Positions 1-12,248 of a stretch of 31,515 nt of DNA are shown one piece after another. The position numbers were made by a program, and so were the translations under genes. The notes under the pieces were generated by a model, which saw only the letters and a list, made by a program, of their open reading frames with translations, ran no database searches and had not been told where the DNA came from. How positions within the stretch are numbered: position 1 is the stretch's first letter; every line of letters starts with the position of its first letter. Source of the stretch: Chiloscyllium plagiosum (taxonomy: Eukaryota); NCBI RefSeq assembly GCF_004010195.1, contig NC_057757.1, forward strand, positions 5,253,464-5,284,978, in the 5' to 3' direction.

Positions 1-187
1 CTCTTCCTCCGCTACATTGATGACTGCATTGGTGCCACCTCATGCTCCCGCAAGGAGGTTGAGCAATTCATCAACTTCACCAACACATTCCACCCTGACC
101 TTAAATTTAACTGGACCATCTCTGACACCTCCCTCCCCCTCCTGGACCTCTCCATCTCCATCAGTGACGACAGACTTGACACTGACA

Positions 188-1033
188 NNNNNNNNNNNNN
201 NNNNNNNNNNNNNNNNNNNNNNNNNNNNNNNNNNNNNNNNNNNNNNNNNNNNNNNNNNNNNNNNNNNNNNNNNNNNNNNNNNNNNNNNNNNNNNNNNNNN
301 NNNNNNNNNNNNNNNNNNNNNNNNNNNNNNNNNNNNNNNNNNNNNNNNNNNNNNNNNNNNNNNNNNNNNNNNNNNNNNNNNNNNNNNNNNNNNNNNNNNN
401 NNNNNNNNNNNNNNNNNNNNNNNNNNNNNNNNNNNNNNNNNNNNNNNNNNNNNNNNNNNNNNNNNNNNNNNNNNNNNNNNNNNNNNNNNNNNNNNNNNNN
501 NNNNNNNNNNNNNNNNNNNNNNNNNNNNNNNNNNNNNNNNNNNNNNNNNNNNNNNNNNNNNNNNNNNNNNNNNNNNNNNNNNNNNNNNNNNNNNNNNNNN
601 NNNNNNNNNNNNNNNNNNNNNNNNNNNNNNNNNNNNNNNNNNNNNNNNNNNNNNNNNNNNNNNNNNNNNNNNNNNNNNNNNNNNNNNNNNNNNNNNNNNN
701 NNNNNNNNNNNNNNNNNNNNNNNNNNNNNNNNNNNNNNNNNNNNNNNNNNNNNNNNNNNNNNNNNNNNNNNNNNNNNNNNNNNNNNNNNNNNNNNNNNNN
801 NNNNNNNNNNNNNNNNNNNNNNNNNNNNNNNNNNNNNNNNNNNNNNNNNNNNNNNNNNNNNNNNNNNNNNNNNNNNNNNNNNNNNNNNNNNNNNNNNNNN
901 NNNNNNNNNNNNNNNNNNNNNNNNNNNNNNNNNNNNNNNNNNNNNNNNNNNNNNNNNNNNNNNNNNNNNNNNNNNNNNNNNNNNNNNNNNNNNNNNNNNN
1001 NNNNNNNNNNNNNNNNNNNNNNNNNNNNNNNNN
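188..1033. other. Assembly gap (N run) inside a PLE copy
   Basis: Continuous Ns. Confidence 0.99.
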
Positions 1034-1117
1034 CCCAATGTACTCTCTGCTACTTTCTCCCCACCCCCACCCTCCTCTAGCTTATCTCTCCACGCTCCAG
1101 ACTCACTGCCTTTATTC

Positions 1118-1145
1118 CTGATGAAGGGCTTTTGCCCGAAACGTC
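1118..1145 (+). ncRNA. Minimal type I hammerhead ribozyme motif (family A)
   Basis: CTGATGA-A-GGGC-TTTT-GCCC-GAAA-C-GTC: both core boxes, 4-bp stem II, palindromic ACGT in place of helix III, GUC cleavage triplet. Confidence 0.75.
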
Positions 1146-1326
1146 GATTTCGAAGCTTCTTGGATGCTGCTTGAACTGCTGTGCTCTTCCAGCACCACTA
1201 ATCCAGAATCTGGTTTCCAGCATCTGCAGTCATTGTTTTTACCTCATACGAGGGCTCTGGTTTATCCTGAACTTGTTTACTGTAGACCACTGTCACAGTG
1301 GCATTTCAAAGCCTGCTATTTCACAG

Positions 1327-1482
1327 ATCAGAGACAAAAAAACTACAGGTGCTGGAATCCAACGTAGACAGGCAGGATGCTGGAAGAACACAGCAAGCCA
1401 GGCAGCATCAGGAGGTGGAAAATCTGAAACACTGACTTCTCCGCCTCCCGATGCTGCCTGGTTTGCTGTGTTTTTCCATCCT
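1327..1482. mobile_element. Fold-back element made of inverted pLTR-like arms
   Basis: GGAAGAACACAGCAAGCCAGGCAGCATCAGGAGGTGGA is complementary to TCCGCCTCCCGATGCTGCCTGGTTTGCTGTGTTTTTCC. TSD CCTGCTATTT(C/T)ACAG at 1312-1326 and 1483-1497. Confidence 0.75.
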
Positions 1483-2526
1483 CCTGCTATTTTACAGGTG
1501 GCTGGTGGAATTTGCTGGTACATTTGCTTCCTTGATTCAAAGCATGTATCTGCTGGGAGATGTTGCTCCGATATTTATTCCACTTGGGGCTGAGAGGGAA
1601 GGCGGGGAGAAGGTGGGTTGAACAGGTCACTATGGAGTTGGTAAATGAACAGGAGGATGAATGGTTTTAGGGTTTTTATCAGGGGTTTTCGGGGGAATGA
1701 TGTTTGTGGGGACAGGAGTCAGGGGAAAGGTGTTGCGTTGAGGGTTCCAGTTTTGATGTGCATTGTTGCAACCAGAGGATTATCAACACGGTATGTGTGT
1801 GTATGACAGGCATAGAGTTGACTAATGCTTTCAGCTAATTTAACATGCTTGTGAACTCAGAGTTTGTTACCTCAGTGTCGATTGATTATAACTGCCTCGG
1901 TCAGCACTTGAGCGCTGTCAGGTTCTCTTGCCAATGATGTGGATTGCAAAGTTGAGGCAGGGTTTCAGTGCTCTATATTTACCCCACATCTAATCTGTTG
2001 CCCATCCACAACATTTCCTTCCGTGATCCTCAGTCTTTCCCCAATACCTTGTTGCCGTATGGCTACATATGAATATTTGAACATGGAACAGGAGTAGGCC
2101 ATTTGGCCCTAGGAGCCTGCTGTGCTATTCAACAGGATCACCACTGACCTGATTGTAATCTGAGGTCCACACTCCAGAAAACACTGTAAATCTTTCACTG
2201 CTTTGCTGAACAAGAAGCTATCCAGCAGCTCTGCCTTAAAGACTTTTCTTTCATTCTGCCTTTTCAGGAAAAGAAAGTTTGAAAGACTCAGAAACCCCAG
2301 AGAAGTTTTTTTAAACCACATCTCTGTTTTATATGGGCGAACACTTGATTTTAAACAATGAACCTCAGTTCTAGATTCTCCCATAAGAGGAAACATCAGC
2401 CCCACAATCGCTTTGTCCAGAACTCTCCAGGTCTTGTCAAACCTGACATCAAAAGACAACCCAGGTGTTAGCCTGGTTAACCTTCTTTGAACTGTTTGCA
2501 ATGCACTTACATCCTTCCTTAAATAA

Positions 2527-2636
2527 ATTCTGTGTCTTACGATCTTATACTCCACAACCATGTGATGAAGGAGCAGCGCTCCGAAAGCTTCCAAATAAAC
2601 CTGTTGGACTATCACCTGGTGTTGTGAGATTTTGAA
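2527..2636 (+). mobile_element. Short pLTR fragment (family B) with decayed hammerhead motif
   Basis: Homologous to about 14532-14652. Contains GTGATGA-A-GGAGC-AGC-GCTCC-GAAAGCT at 2562-2589. TSD CTTCCT(T/G)AAATAA at 2514-2526 and 2637-2649. Confidence 0.75.
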
Positions 2637-3929
2637 CTTCCTGAAATAAGTTAATCAATACTACGGTAGTCTCACCCGTGCACATGTGAACCATATGTTC
2701 CCGACTTTTATGTTCAATTTTCCTGGTCATAAATGATAACAATAACATTCTATTAGCTTTCCTATGCTGTCCCTGCATACTAACCTTACATTATTCTTGC
2801 ACAAGGACATCCAGATCCATCTGCAATCTTTCACCATTTATATAATATGCTTCTTATTTATTCCTCCTGCCAACATGAACAATTTCACATTTTCCACATT
2901 AAATTCCATTTTTCCAGTTCTTTGCCTACTCACTTCCTGTCCTTTTTTTATAGCCTTCATTTATCCTCTTCACAACTTACTTTCCTACTTATCTTTGAGT
3001 CATCAGTTTTCTTTTTAATCATACCTGCAGTCCCTTCATCCAAATCATTTGTATAGATTGTAACCGGTTTGAGGTCAGAGCATCGATCCTTGTGGCACAT
3101 CACTTGTTACATCCTGATGACCTGAAAAAAATCGATTAATGCTTACTCTCTGCTTTCTGTTAGCCAGCCAGTCTTCCATCCATGCCTTTGTGCTACCCCT
3201 ACAGCATGAACCTTTATTCTCCACAATAACCTTTGATGTAGCACTTTACCAAATGCCTGTTGGAAACTGAAGTATGGTACATCCACAGGTTGTGGATGTG
3301 CGGATTCATATCCACATATTTTACTTCTACAACAAACTCCAGTAGATTGGTTAAACCTTTCCACAAAACCATGTTGACTCTGCCTGATTTCCATGAATCT
3401 ATCTAAATGTCCTGCTATATCTTTGTTAATAACAGCTCCTAACATTTTTCCTTTGACAGATGTTAAGCTAACTGGCCTGCAGTTTCCTGCTGTCTACCTC
3501 CTCCCTTTTTGTTACCTTTCAACCTAATGGGACAGTCCCCAAATCTAGGGAATTTATAAAAAATAAAACCAATGCACCAACCATCTCACTGGCCACTTCC
3601 TTTAAGACCCAGGAAGAAGTCTATCAGGCCCCTGACCCAGAGCTCCAACAATTTATTGTATACCACTTCTGTAGTGATTATAATTGTTCCGAGTTCTTCC
3701 CTTCATTTCATTTACTGATTTATCACTACTTCTGGCTGTTACTTGTATCCTATATCGTGAAGGATAATGCAAAATTCCAAATCAATTCATCTGCCATCTC
3801 TTTTCCTTTGTCAATTCTCCTTACTCACTTCCTATAGGACCAATGCTGACTTTGTTAATTCTTGAATTTTAAATATTTTTAAAAACTCTTATTATCGGTT
3901 TTTATATTTCTGATAGGATTTCTCTCATA

Positions 3930-4218
3930 CTCTACCTGTCCATCTTCCTTCCCATCTATCCGCTCCACCCCCCCCCCTCCAACTATCACCATCACCCTTC
4001 CCTTCATCTACCTATCACACTGTCAGCTACCTTCCCCCAGCCCCAACCCTCTCCCATTTATCTCTCCACCCCCTCGGCTCACAGCCTCATTCCTGATGAA
4101 GGGGTTTTGCCCGAAACGTTGATTCTCCTGCTCCTCAGATGCTGCCTGACCGGCTATGCTTTTCCAGCACCACACTCTTGACTCTAATCTCCAGCATCTG
4201 CAGTCTTCCCTTTCACCA
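3930..4218 (+). mobile_element. pLTR (family A variant) with hammerhead motif at 4093-4120
   Basis: C/T-rich leader, then CTGATGAAGGGGTTTTGCCCGAAACGTT, then the shared GATGCTGCCTGACC...CCAGCATCTGCAGTC tail. Confidence 0.85.
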
Positions 4219-5109
4219 AACATGGAAGGGGTGTCCATCCCTTAGAGTTTTTCTTACTTGGAATGTATCTATTCTGTAATATACACATAAATGTCTACCA
4301 CGACATCTCTATTGACCTGCCTTTTAACTTAATTTGTCAATTTATTTTAGCAAGGTTGGCATTCATCCTCTCATAGTTGCTCTTATTAAATTGAAAAATA
4401 TTGTTTTGGAGCCAATCTCCCCTTCAAGGTGAAAGTAAAATTCAATCATATTATGGTCAATTAAAGACACTTTCGCTATGAGATAATTAAGTAATCCTAT
4501 CTCACTGCACAGTACCAAATCTAGTATAGCCTGGTTAGGTTCAGAAAGAACTTTTCTAATACAATATCCTGAAAGTATTCTACGAGCTTCTCATTCAAGA
4601 TATCTTTGCTCATCTGACTTTTCCAGTCTATGTGTATATTAAAATCACCCATGATTATCGCCACACGTTTCTGTCAAACTCCCATTATTTCTTCCTTTAT
4701 TGCTAAAATATAATGTGCATTCAGATGTAGAGCCTTTAGTTTTATTCTTCTTGTAAATGCCAGTCTCTTCGAGGTTTATTCCTCGGTATATACTCTCTAC
4801 CCCTTTCTGTCACTGTCTATTATTTCCAGTATTAATTCTGCTCTCTTTGTCTTTGATTTACATCTTTCCAATTGTGATCCCTTTCCTCTGCTATTCTGTT
4901 TAACATCCTATTTCCTTAGTAACCTGGCTTACAACAGCATTGAACCCAACATGGTATAGATGCAACTTTCTCCAGCATGTGGCTAGACAATGTCCCCTCC
5001 ACTGGCCTTTCCATATGTTACATTTCACCAGCTACAGGCCAGCGAGAATGCTATAACTTTGTTGTTGACCCCCTGAGGCTCACATCGGCATTAGGATTAT
5101 CCCTGATAA

Positions 5110-5490
5110 TGTAGCATAGGAGTCATAGCAGTCATAGATCATAGGGAGTCATTGATCATTGGATCATAGGAGTCATTTGGCCCTTTGAGTCTACTCCAGC
5201 ATTCAACCAGACCATGGCTGATTTACCTCAATGCCAATTTCCCCTATTATGTGTTGATGTCTTTAAATACCTAGAAGTTTATTCCTTTTTCTCTTGAACA
5301 TATTCAATAATGGTCCCTCCATAGCCGTCTGGGGTGAGGAATCCTGAAGATTCACTACCATCTGAGTGAAGAGAGAAATTTCAATCCTGAATGGCTTACC
5401 CCTTGCTCTGAGACTGCCCTGGTTCGAGACTCCCAGCCAAGGGGAAACATTTCCTTCCTGCACCGACCTTGTCAAGCCCTTTAAATATTT
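5110..5490 (-). mobile_element. CR1 LINE 3' end
   Basis: Minus-strand RGKPFRIEISLFTQMVVNLQDSSPQTAME (CR1 ORF2 C-terminus) and a degenerate TCATAG-type tail. Confidence 0.75.
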
Positions 5491-6357
5491 TGTGCACTTG
5501 TTGTACCCCAGAGAATTCCTACTTCAAGCATTCATTCCTCACTTTGATATTCACCACAGGCCTTGACTTTTCTCCCCCTCCCCCATTTCCACCCAATCAT
5601 GGTGATCCTTCTTCATCTCTAATATTGGCTCACAGCTTCCCCTCCTCCAGTTTTGGTTCACATTGACTCAGCACCACTTGCACTGAACCCCCTCTGAATT
5701 TCACCGTGCCCGCTGCCTCTCTGATGTAGACTTTGGATCCAAAGAAAGACAATAATGAGGAAAGACTGAGCATCATGGATCAACAAAGGGATTTGAATGT
5801 TCACATAAACAAATCATTAAACCTGAGTGTACAAAGATGTTAAAGATGAACGGAATGCAGCCTTTATCACTTCAGGGCTGGGATACAAATAATACATTTT
5901 TGTGGAATCTCCCAGGAACCTGAGTAATGTGGGCTCTGATAGGATTTGTAGCAAAATTGCACAACAAATCTGGCAAGGCCTATCTCAACTTCGGGAGCAG
6001 CTCGCTGCATCATTTGTGCACTTGCTGAGTGGTGAAATGAATGTCTTGCAAGGCAGCGGTCTTGCAAGCTAGATATTGTGAATTCTTGACATGGAAATCA
6101 GAGAAGGTACATGGTGACTTCAGCTCACCACTGGCTTGCACAGCACCAGATAGCATCTCAAGGTATGAACCATGGACATCAGCTCCATACAGCCCTTGAC
6201 AATGGATATTGACAGTTGATACTTACCAACCCGTCACTATCCCATTGCCATCTCTCAGGTTCACTTGCAGGTCACTCAGGAAGCACAGGCTTGCTTTGTG
6301 GGATACACCAGCGACCAGCATTTGGATACTCTGCATGCAGCGACAGACAAACAACTC

Positions 6358-6488
6358 TTCCTAATAAAGGGCTTTTGCCCAAAACGTGCATTTTCCTGCT
6401 CCTCGGATGCTGCCTGACCTGCTGTGCTTTTCCAGCACCACTCTAATCTTGACTCTGATTTCCAGCATCTGCAGTCCTCACTTTTGCC
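6358..6488 (+). mobile_element. 5'-truncated pLTR (family A), hammerhead core mutated
   Basis: CTAATAAAGGGCTTTTGCCCAAAACGTG plus the shared tail, flanked by repeated CAACTC. Confidence 0.8.
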
Positions 6489-7212
6489 AACTCCTAGATT
6501 GGACCAGGTGCAGGCAGGGTAGAGATATACGACCCAACCACTGCTGAGTGTCCTAAGAGGAGATTTCTGAGGGGCCTGCATGTAGTCCCTCTTCTATCCT
6601 GGTGAGCCTTGGCATCGCACTAGCTTCTTCTGATGAAAGAACACCTCCAGTATGCATTAGGCCAATGCTGTTGTCGCCATGTTTATAGTCCTGAGGACTA
6701 GTGGCTGGGATGCTGGAGTGTGGGTATATGCACCTCTCCAGCAGCCCTTGAGGGGGCTGGAGCAACCTCTCCATAGAGACAACCAGATAGTTGCATGGTC
6801 AGGGCAGCTGGGCCCCACAGCACAGCTGCACTCCTGCAGCCTCTGCAAATCAGGGCCTTTGCATCCTACATACCTATCTACTAGCCCTGTCCCTCACTGG
6901 ACATGTGGACAAAGTTCCTGACTGCACACACCACAGGATCCTCTCTGTCTGGATCCTCTGAGTGCTAGTGGCATGGACCATTTTCTTCCTCAGCCAGCTG
7001 CAGAACTGTCTCCATGAAGTGGTCCCCAACTTTCTAGCGCTAACATTCTCACTTCGGAGTCAGTACGAGCTTGTAGGGAATGAGGCTGTGAGGGGAACTG
7101 AGAGAAGATGTTGCAAACAATAGTGGGAGTGGGTAGCACAAGAGCCTTGCTGGGAAGCAGGTGTAGTGCCACAGTTAGTGAGTGAGGGGTAGCAGAGAGA
7201 TGCTTGTGATAG

Positions 7213-7360
7213 GAGTGGAGAAGATCGTTGACCTTCTTGTGACACTGTTGGCTATTCCTCCACACCGTGGAGACTACACTGAACTGGGTAGTGACCTTGG
7301 ATCAGGCTGTTAGGGTGTGGTGTCATGGCCATCTCTGCTGCTCCTCTGGGAAGAGGACAA
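7213..7360 (-). mobile_element. Decayed Myb/SANT-like DNA-binding ORF, probably of a PIF/Harbinger transposon (element may span about 5900-7660)
   Basis: Minus-strand VLFPEEQQRWP*HHTLTA*SKVTTQFSVVSTVWRNSQQCHKKVNDLLHS resembles the AW..V...S...R...QC.KK.NDL pattern of Harbinger Myb/SANT proteins, with in-frame stops. TIRs not identified. Confidence 0.6.
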
Positions 7361-7727
7361 CAATCCTCTGCCAGTATCTCCAACACCATCTTCCTCTTCT
7401 CTGAATTCTTACACTGTCTGTCACTGAGCAGGGCAGCGTCAGAATGCAAGAGTCCAAGGTACACATTGGCCTTTAAATATGGTACCAAAGATATTGGTTT
7501 ATCAGCTGATTGGTAAGTTGTTCTGGGAACAGTCTTGGCAAGATGGGGCTAGAATGGTTCAGGAGAGATGCCAGAAAGGTAGTTAATGAATGAGATGAGT
7601 TTGGTAAGATACAGCGAGATGGCTTGCTAGGCCTTCAGGTGAAAGACCCTCCAAAAAACTTGACACAATTTGCACTTCACCAAAAAAAATGCAAAGTTCA
7701 TCCCACAGCTTCAGCTGTATGGAGCCT

Positions 7728-7816
7728 GTCCTCGGATGCTGCCTGAACTGCTGTGCTCTTCCAGCACCACTAATCCAGAATCTGGTTTCCAGCATCTGCA
7801 GTCATTGTTTTTACCT
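7728..7816 (+). mobile_element. 3' tip of pLTR family A inserted into a short CR1 remnant
   Basis: Matches about 1160-1244. Perfect TSD CTGTATGGAGCCT at 7715-7727 and 7815-7827. The host reads LQLYGALVRLHLEYCIQF-like. Confidence 0.85.
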
Positions 7817-7994
7817 GTATGGAGCCTTGGTAGACTCCATTTGGAATACTGCATTCAGTTTAACATGCTGAACAGGAGGCACAATGGTGGGGAGAAGGTA
7901 TGGCAGTGGTAATGTCACCAGACTAACAGGCCAAAGGCTCTGGGTAAATGGGCTCAAATCTGATAAGCAGCTGGTGAAATTTAAATTCAGTTCT

Positions 7995-8192
7995 TCTAGT
8001 TCTGTCGCCATAGTCTTACCAGACCATAGGGGCTGCTGTCTTATTAGAGAGAAGTGACTGGTGGTGATTTAGCCTGAAGGCCACCAGACCTCAGGCAAGG
8101 GAAGAGGTTGAGAAGGAGAGTCCCTCATGGTAACCTCAAGCCAGTGATGGGAATTGAGCCCACGCTGTTGGCATCACACTGCTGTGTAAACC
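7995..8192 (-). mobile_element. Second SINE family, antisense, nested
   Basis: Reverse complement has a B-box-like GGCTCAATTCC and ends TAAGACTATGGCGAC. Related to 24715-24852 (+). Confidence 0.55.
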
Positions 8193-8389
8193 CCTGGAAG
8201 TGAAAGCTAGTTTCAGTCCTGGCGACCATGACAACAATCATTGATTTGTTTTTGTTACAAACACTCTGGTTCACTAATGCCATTTACGGAAGGAAATCTG
8301 CCATCCTAACTTGGTCTGGCTTACATGTGACTCCAGATCCACAGCAATGTGGTTACGTCTTAGCTGCTCCAAGAAATTGACAAGCAAGT

Positions 8390-9328
8390 GTACATGTATT
8401 TGGAAATGCAAGGACTGATTAGGGATGGCTTTGTGCGTGGAAAATCATGTCTCACAAACTTGATTGAGCGTTTTTGAGTAAGTAGCAAAGATGATTGATG
8501 AGGGCAGAGTGGTAGATGTGATCCATATGAACTTCAGTAAGGCATTTGACAAGGTTCCCCATGGGAGACTGATTAGCATGGTTAGATCTCTCGAAATACA
8601 GGGAGAACTAGCCATTTGGATACAGAATTGGCACAAAGGTAGAAGACAGAGGGTGGTGGTGGAGGATTGTTTTTCAGACTGGAGGCCTGTGACCAGCTGA
8701 GTGCCACAAGGATGGGTGCTGGGTCCTCTACTTTTGGTCATTTACATAAATGATTTGGATGCGAGCATAAGATGTACAGTTAGTAAGTTTGCAGATGACA
8801 CCAAAATTGGAGGTGTAGTGGAAGGATGGCGTGAAACTTGAAAGGGGTCAGAAAAGATTTACAAGGATGTTGCCAGGGTTGGAGGATTTTTGAGCTACAG
8901 GGTGAGGCTGAACAGGCTGGGGCTGTTTTCCCTGGAGCGTCAGAGGCCGAGAGGTGACCTTATAGAGGTTTACAAAATTATAAGGGGCATGGATAGGGTA
9001 AGTAGGCAAAGTCTCTTCCCTGGGGTCGGAGAGTCCAGAACTAGAGGGCATAGGTTTAGGGTGAGATGGGAAAGATATAAAAGAGACCTTTTTCACATAG
9101 AAGGTGGTATGTGTATGGAATGGGCTGCCAGAGGAAGCGGTGGAGGCTGGTACAATTGCGACATTTAAGAGGCATTTGGATGGGTATATGAATAGGAAGG
9201 GTTTGGAGGGATATGGGCAGGGTGCTGGCAGGTGGGACCAGATTGGGTTGGGATATCTGGTCGGCATGGACGGGTTGGACCGAAGGGTCTGTTTCCATGC
9301 TGTACATCTCTGTGACTCTATGACTCTA
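8390..9328 (+). mobile_element. 5'-truncated, internally deleted CR1 LINE
   Basis: [43 protein letters not shown] and a CTCTATGACTCTA tail. Confidence 0.92.
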
Positions 9329-10759
9329 AGTCATTCGGTTCAAGGGCAATTAAAGATGGGCAATAAAATGCTGACCTTCCCAGCAACACCCACATTCCAA
9401 GAAAGAATGGAGAAAAGGAAATAATACATTGGCCTTGGTGGGCATGCCACACAGTTTCTACAAAGTGATACCAGACCTTAAAGAGTGAAATAACAAGTAC
9501 TGCATGCAAAGATATGGTTCATATTCCCTTTAGTTTTGAAGTGTGATGGATGATCTGACAAAACTGTTAACATGGTTCAAGTCCCAACAGCACCGAGATG
9601 TCATAACATGTCTGACTATTAAAAATATTTTTCTGATGAATGCTTTCTGTAGGGTAGAAAAAACTTCTCACGAATGGTGAAAACCAAAATGGGGTTACCG
9701 CAATCTTAAAATTAGAACTCAGCCACTGAAGACCGCAGTTGACGAACACTGTTCACATAATCGGTCAGAGAAATCTGATCCTCTCACTCCCAAAAGCTTA
9801 CCACGGTTTTCACAATTTTCCACATGGACTTTAACTGATTTTATTAGGCAAGGGAATTGAGAGACAGGGAACATAGGAAAGAATTGAATGACAGATCAGC
9901 CACAATCTTATTGAATGGCAGAACAAACTGCGGGGCTTACTCATGTTCCCACATTCCTGTGCTGCCTCTCTGAGTACTTCCTCTCCACAACATGACCTTT
10001 CCTTTCCTCCCCCAGCCTACGCGCTATCCACTCAATTTCAAAACTCTGTAAGATACTGTGAAATGACTTTCTTTACAGATTGAGCTTTATGGAAAGATAA
10101 ATTGTTGCTGTAGTAGAGTGCTCAGCTGGTGAGCATACATGAATTATCCCTCTACATGTTAATATAGCACTTAAATTTGAGAGTGCGCTACAAAGACCAG
10201 CAAGGAGGTCAAGCAGCATTACATTCTGCAATCAAAATCAGACCCTGAGTGCAACATGGCCGCACTCTCCTACTGCCTTTTCCCCTCTTCCTGACAGATG
10301 CTGAACACCACTCCCAGGTGTCTCTTGCATATCCTGTGATTCAGTTAAAATCACAGGAATGAAGACAGCCTGGGCACGAAAAGGGACAGTGGTTAATCCA
10401 CAAAAGTCCTTGTAAAACAGGCAATTGTTTTAGTACTGCTATCACTGACTCAAAGTTTGACTCTGCTGTGTGGGAGAAGCACGTCGCTGTCACGCTGTTG
10501 CACCTCTCCCAGGTGTGAAAGCTCACAAAGCACCTCCAGCAGCAGAAATGGACCAGTCGTGTAAATACAGTGTGTGCAGGAGCAGGCCAGAAGCTAGGAA
10601 TTCTGCAGTGAGTAACTCACCTCCTGACTCCCCAAAGCCTGTCCACCATCAACAAGGCACCAGTCAGGAGTGTGGATCAGTGCAGCTCCAACAATACTCA
10701 GTTAGCTTGACATTATCCAAGACAAAGCAGTCTGCCTGACTGCTACCACATCCACATTC

Positions 10760-11018
10760 TTCAACAGAGAATGTTGGAGAAACAACAAGTCTGGCAGCAG
10801 CTGTGGGGAGAAAAACAGAGTTCACGTTTAGAGTTTGGTTGATCATCTAACTCAATGCCACTTACCTATAGGAAAGAACAGTCCAAAAGTGTCATACTTA
10901 AAACTGGTATGCATTTGTTTCTCTATTTCTATCCACAGATACTGCCACACCTGATGACTTTCTCCAGCATTCTGAGGGTCTGCTTCAGATTTCCAGTATC
11001 CACAGTATTTTGCTTTTA
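10760..11018. mobile_element. Old fold-back pLTR-derived element
   Basis: AGAATGTTGGAGAAAC...CTGGCAGCAGCTGTGG is loosely complementary to CCACAGATACTGCCACACCTGATGACTTTCTCCAGCATTCT. Confidence 0.6.
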
Positions 11019-11024
11019 TAAACA

Positions 11025-11270
11025 GCCATACAGCACAGAAACACACCCTTCGGTCCAATCAATTCACACTGACCATGGTCCCTAACTAAACTAGTCCCAC
11101 CTGCCTGCGCTTGGCTCATATCCTTCCAAACCTTTCCTATTCATGTAGTTATCCAAATGTCTTTTAAATATTGTAACTGTACCCACATCCACCACTTTCT
11201 CTGGCAGTTCATTCCGCACACGAACCACTCTCTATGTCAAAAAAGTTTCCCTTCACGTCCTTTTTAAATC
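11025..11270 (-). mobile_element. CR1 3' end
   Basis: Reverse complement of the CR1 3' UTR seen at 9100-9310 and 23140-23350. Confidence 0.85.
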
Positions 11271-11817
11271 ATTCTCCTCCCACCACAGTTTCAGCAGTGT
11301 GTACCATCTACAAGATACACTGCAGCAACTTACTTCAGCCTTCCAGACCCAGGACTTCCACATAGGAAGACAAGGTCAGCAGATCAATGGGAACTGCACC
11401 ACCTGTAAGTGCCCTCCAAGCAACGTACCATCGCGACTTGCAAATATGTCACCACTCCTTCACTGTTGCAAGGTCAAAATCCTGGAACTCCTTTCTTGAG
11501 TGTTCCTACATCACATGGATTACAGTGGTTGAAGAAGACAGTTCACCACCACTTTCTCAAGGGATAATTAGGATGGACATTAAATGCAGGCCAAACCAGT
11601 GATGCTCACAACACAGGAAAAAAAAAGTGCTTCATATCAGCACTCTAAAACAACCAATTGTTAATTTTAAGATTGTAGGATTTACAATTGGAAACCTTTC
11701 ACCAATGTCCTGTGACCTACTCCTAAGGTTTTTCTCTCAAGGTGAGGATTTGAAACTGAGTGTCAATAGGTGAGGAGAGACTGGTTCTTTGCCTGACTGT
11801 GATATCCTTCCATTTAG

Positions 11818-11904
11818 AAACAGTGTGAGGAAGCCTGCACCCTCCCAGGAAACTTCACTCTTCCAAAAACCAATGTCAACTACAGAGAATGGGAAACAAA
11901 AGAC
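11818..11904 (+). CDS. epo: Erythropoietin coding exon (equivalent to human exon 3), KQCEEACTLPGNFTLPKTNVNYREWETKD
   Basis: Acceptor tccttccatttAG, branch-like CTGAC at 11793-11797, donor GTAAGT at 11905. 87 nt, phase 0/0. Aligns without gaps to human TGCAEHCSLNENITVPDTKVNFYAWKRME (recalled): C29, C33, N38-x-T, P42, T44, V46, N47 and W51 are kept. Confidence 0.93.
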
Positions 11905-12248
11905 GTAAGTTGGTATTCTGTTCATGATTCTTTCCGATAAGCATATAAGTGGAATGGTATCTGGCTGGTCATCAACTTAAGGCTATCAATTCTAGTCCAA
12001 ATCTTATCTGACTGGCCTGGAATTCTGACCAACTGGGGCAAGACTTCTGCTTAATTCAGGGAAAAAGAATGTGAAATAGGTTTAGAATAGAATAAAATTA
12101 AGTTGCTAGAACAGGACAGCTTTGCGTCTCCCCTACAATTGGCCCTAATTTCAGGTTGGAAGTAAAAGAGGAATGTTGACTCCTGCTGTGGCTAGGGCGA
12201 ATGTCTTCATAATTTGCATTTGTCTACAGCATGATGCACACCTTTTGG

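Larger units (their letters stand above)
1..1244 (+). mobile_element. Penelope-like retroelement, 3' part (RT core, N gap, terminal repeat/pLTR family A)
   Basis: Frame 1 of 1-186 reads LFLRYIDDCIGATSCSRKEVEQFINFTNTFHPDLKFNWTISDTSLPLLDL (YIDD RT motif, PLE-type context). After the gap, 1034-1244 is near-identical to the terminal repeat at about 25815-26023. Confidence 0.88.
2060..4700 (-). mobile_element. Old degraded CR1 LINE (ORF2), interrupted by two PLE fragments
   Basis: Minus-strand peptides YLRKDVSALQTVQRRLTRL, IRQSQHGFV and FQQAFGKVLHQRLLWRIKVH, with many stops and frameshifts. Confidence 0.85.
7890..9420 (+). mobile_element. tRNA-derived SINE split by an inner SINE and a CR1
   Basis: Head GGCAGTGGTAATGTCACC, core GGAAGGAAATCTGCCATCC...GTGACTCCAGATCCACAGCAATGTGG, and tail GGGCAATTAAAGATGGGCAATAAAATGCTG resuming at about 9330. 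Antisense relatives at 20925-24240 and 24893-26275. Confidence 0.7.
10565..11625 (+). mobile_element. CR1/L2-group LINE 3' fragment, interrupted at about 10760-11270
   Basis: AGQKLGILQ*VTHLLTPQSLSTINKA-like RT C-terminal peptide. Its 3' tail resembles the SINE tail at 9340-9410 and ends in an A run. Confidence 0.6.

Noticed and set aside
17..1174. Long ORFs 17..1174 and 40..1038
   Set aside because: Artefacts of reading through Ns; the real frame is the PLE RT from position 1.
5112..5177. Short repeats of TCATAG/TCATTG as a CRISPR-like or functional array
   Set aside because: Degenerate microsatellite-like CR1 tail with no repeat-spacer structure, in a eukaryotic context.
10079..10132. IELYGKINCCCSRVLSW* after a tttctttacAG acceptor, resembling EPO exon 2 (CDSRVL)
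   Set aside because: No signal peptide, wrong length, immediate stop, and no helix A continuation; likely chance.
10332..10358. Hairpin TCCTGTGATT-CAGTTAA-AATCACAGGA as an iron-responsive element
   Set aside because: The loop is not CAGUGH, there is no C bulge, and the position appears intronic.
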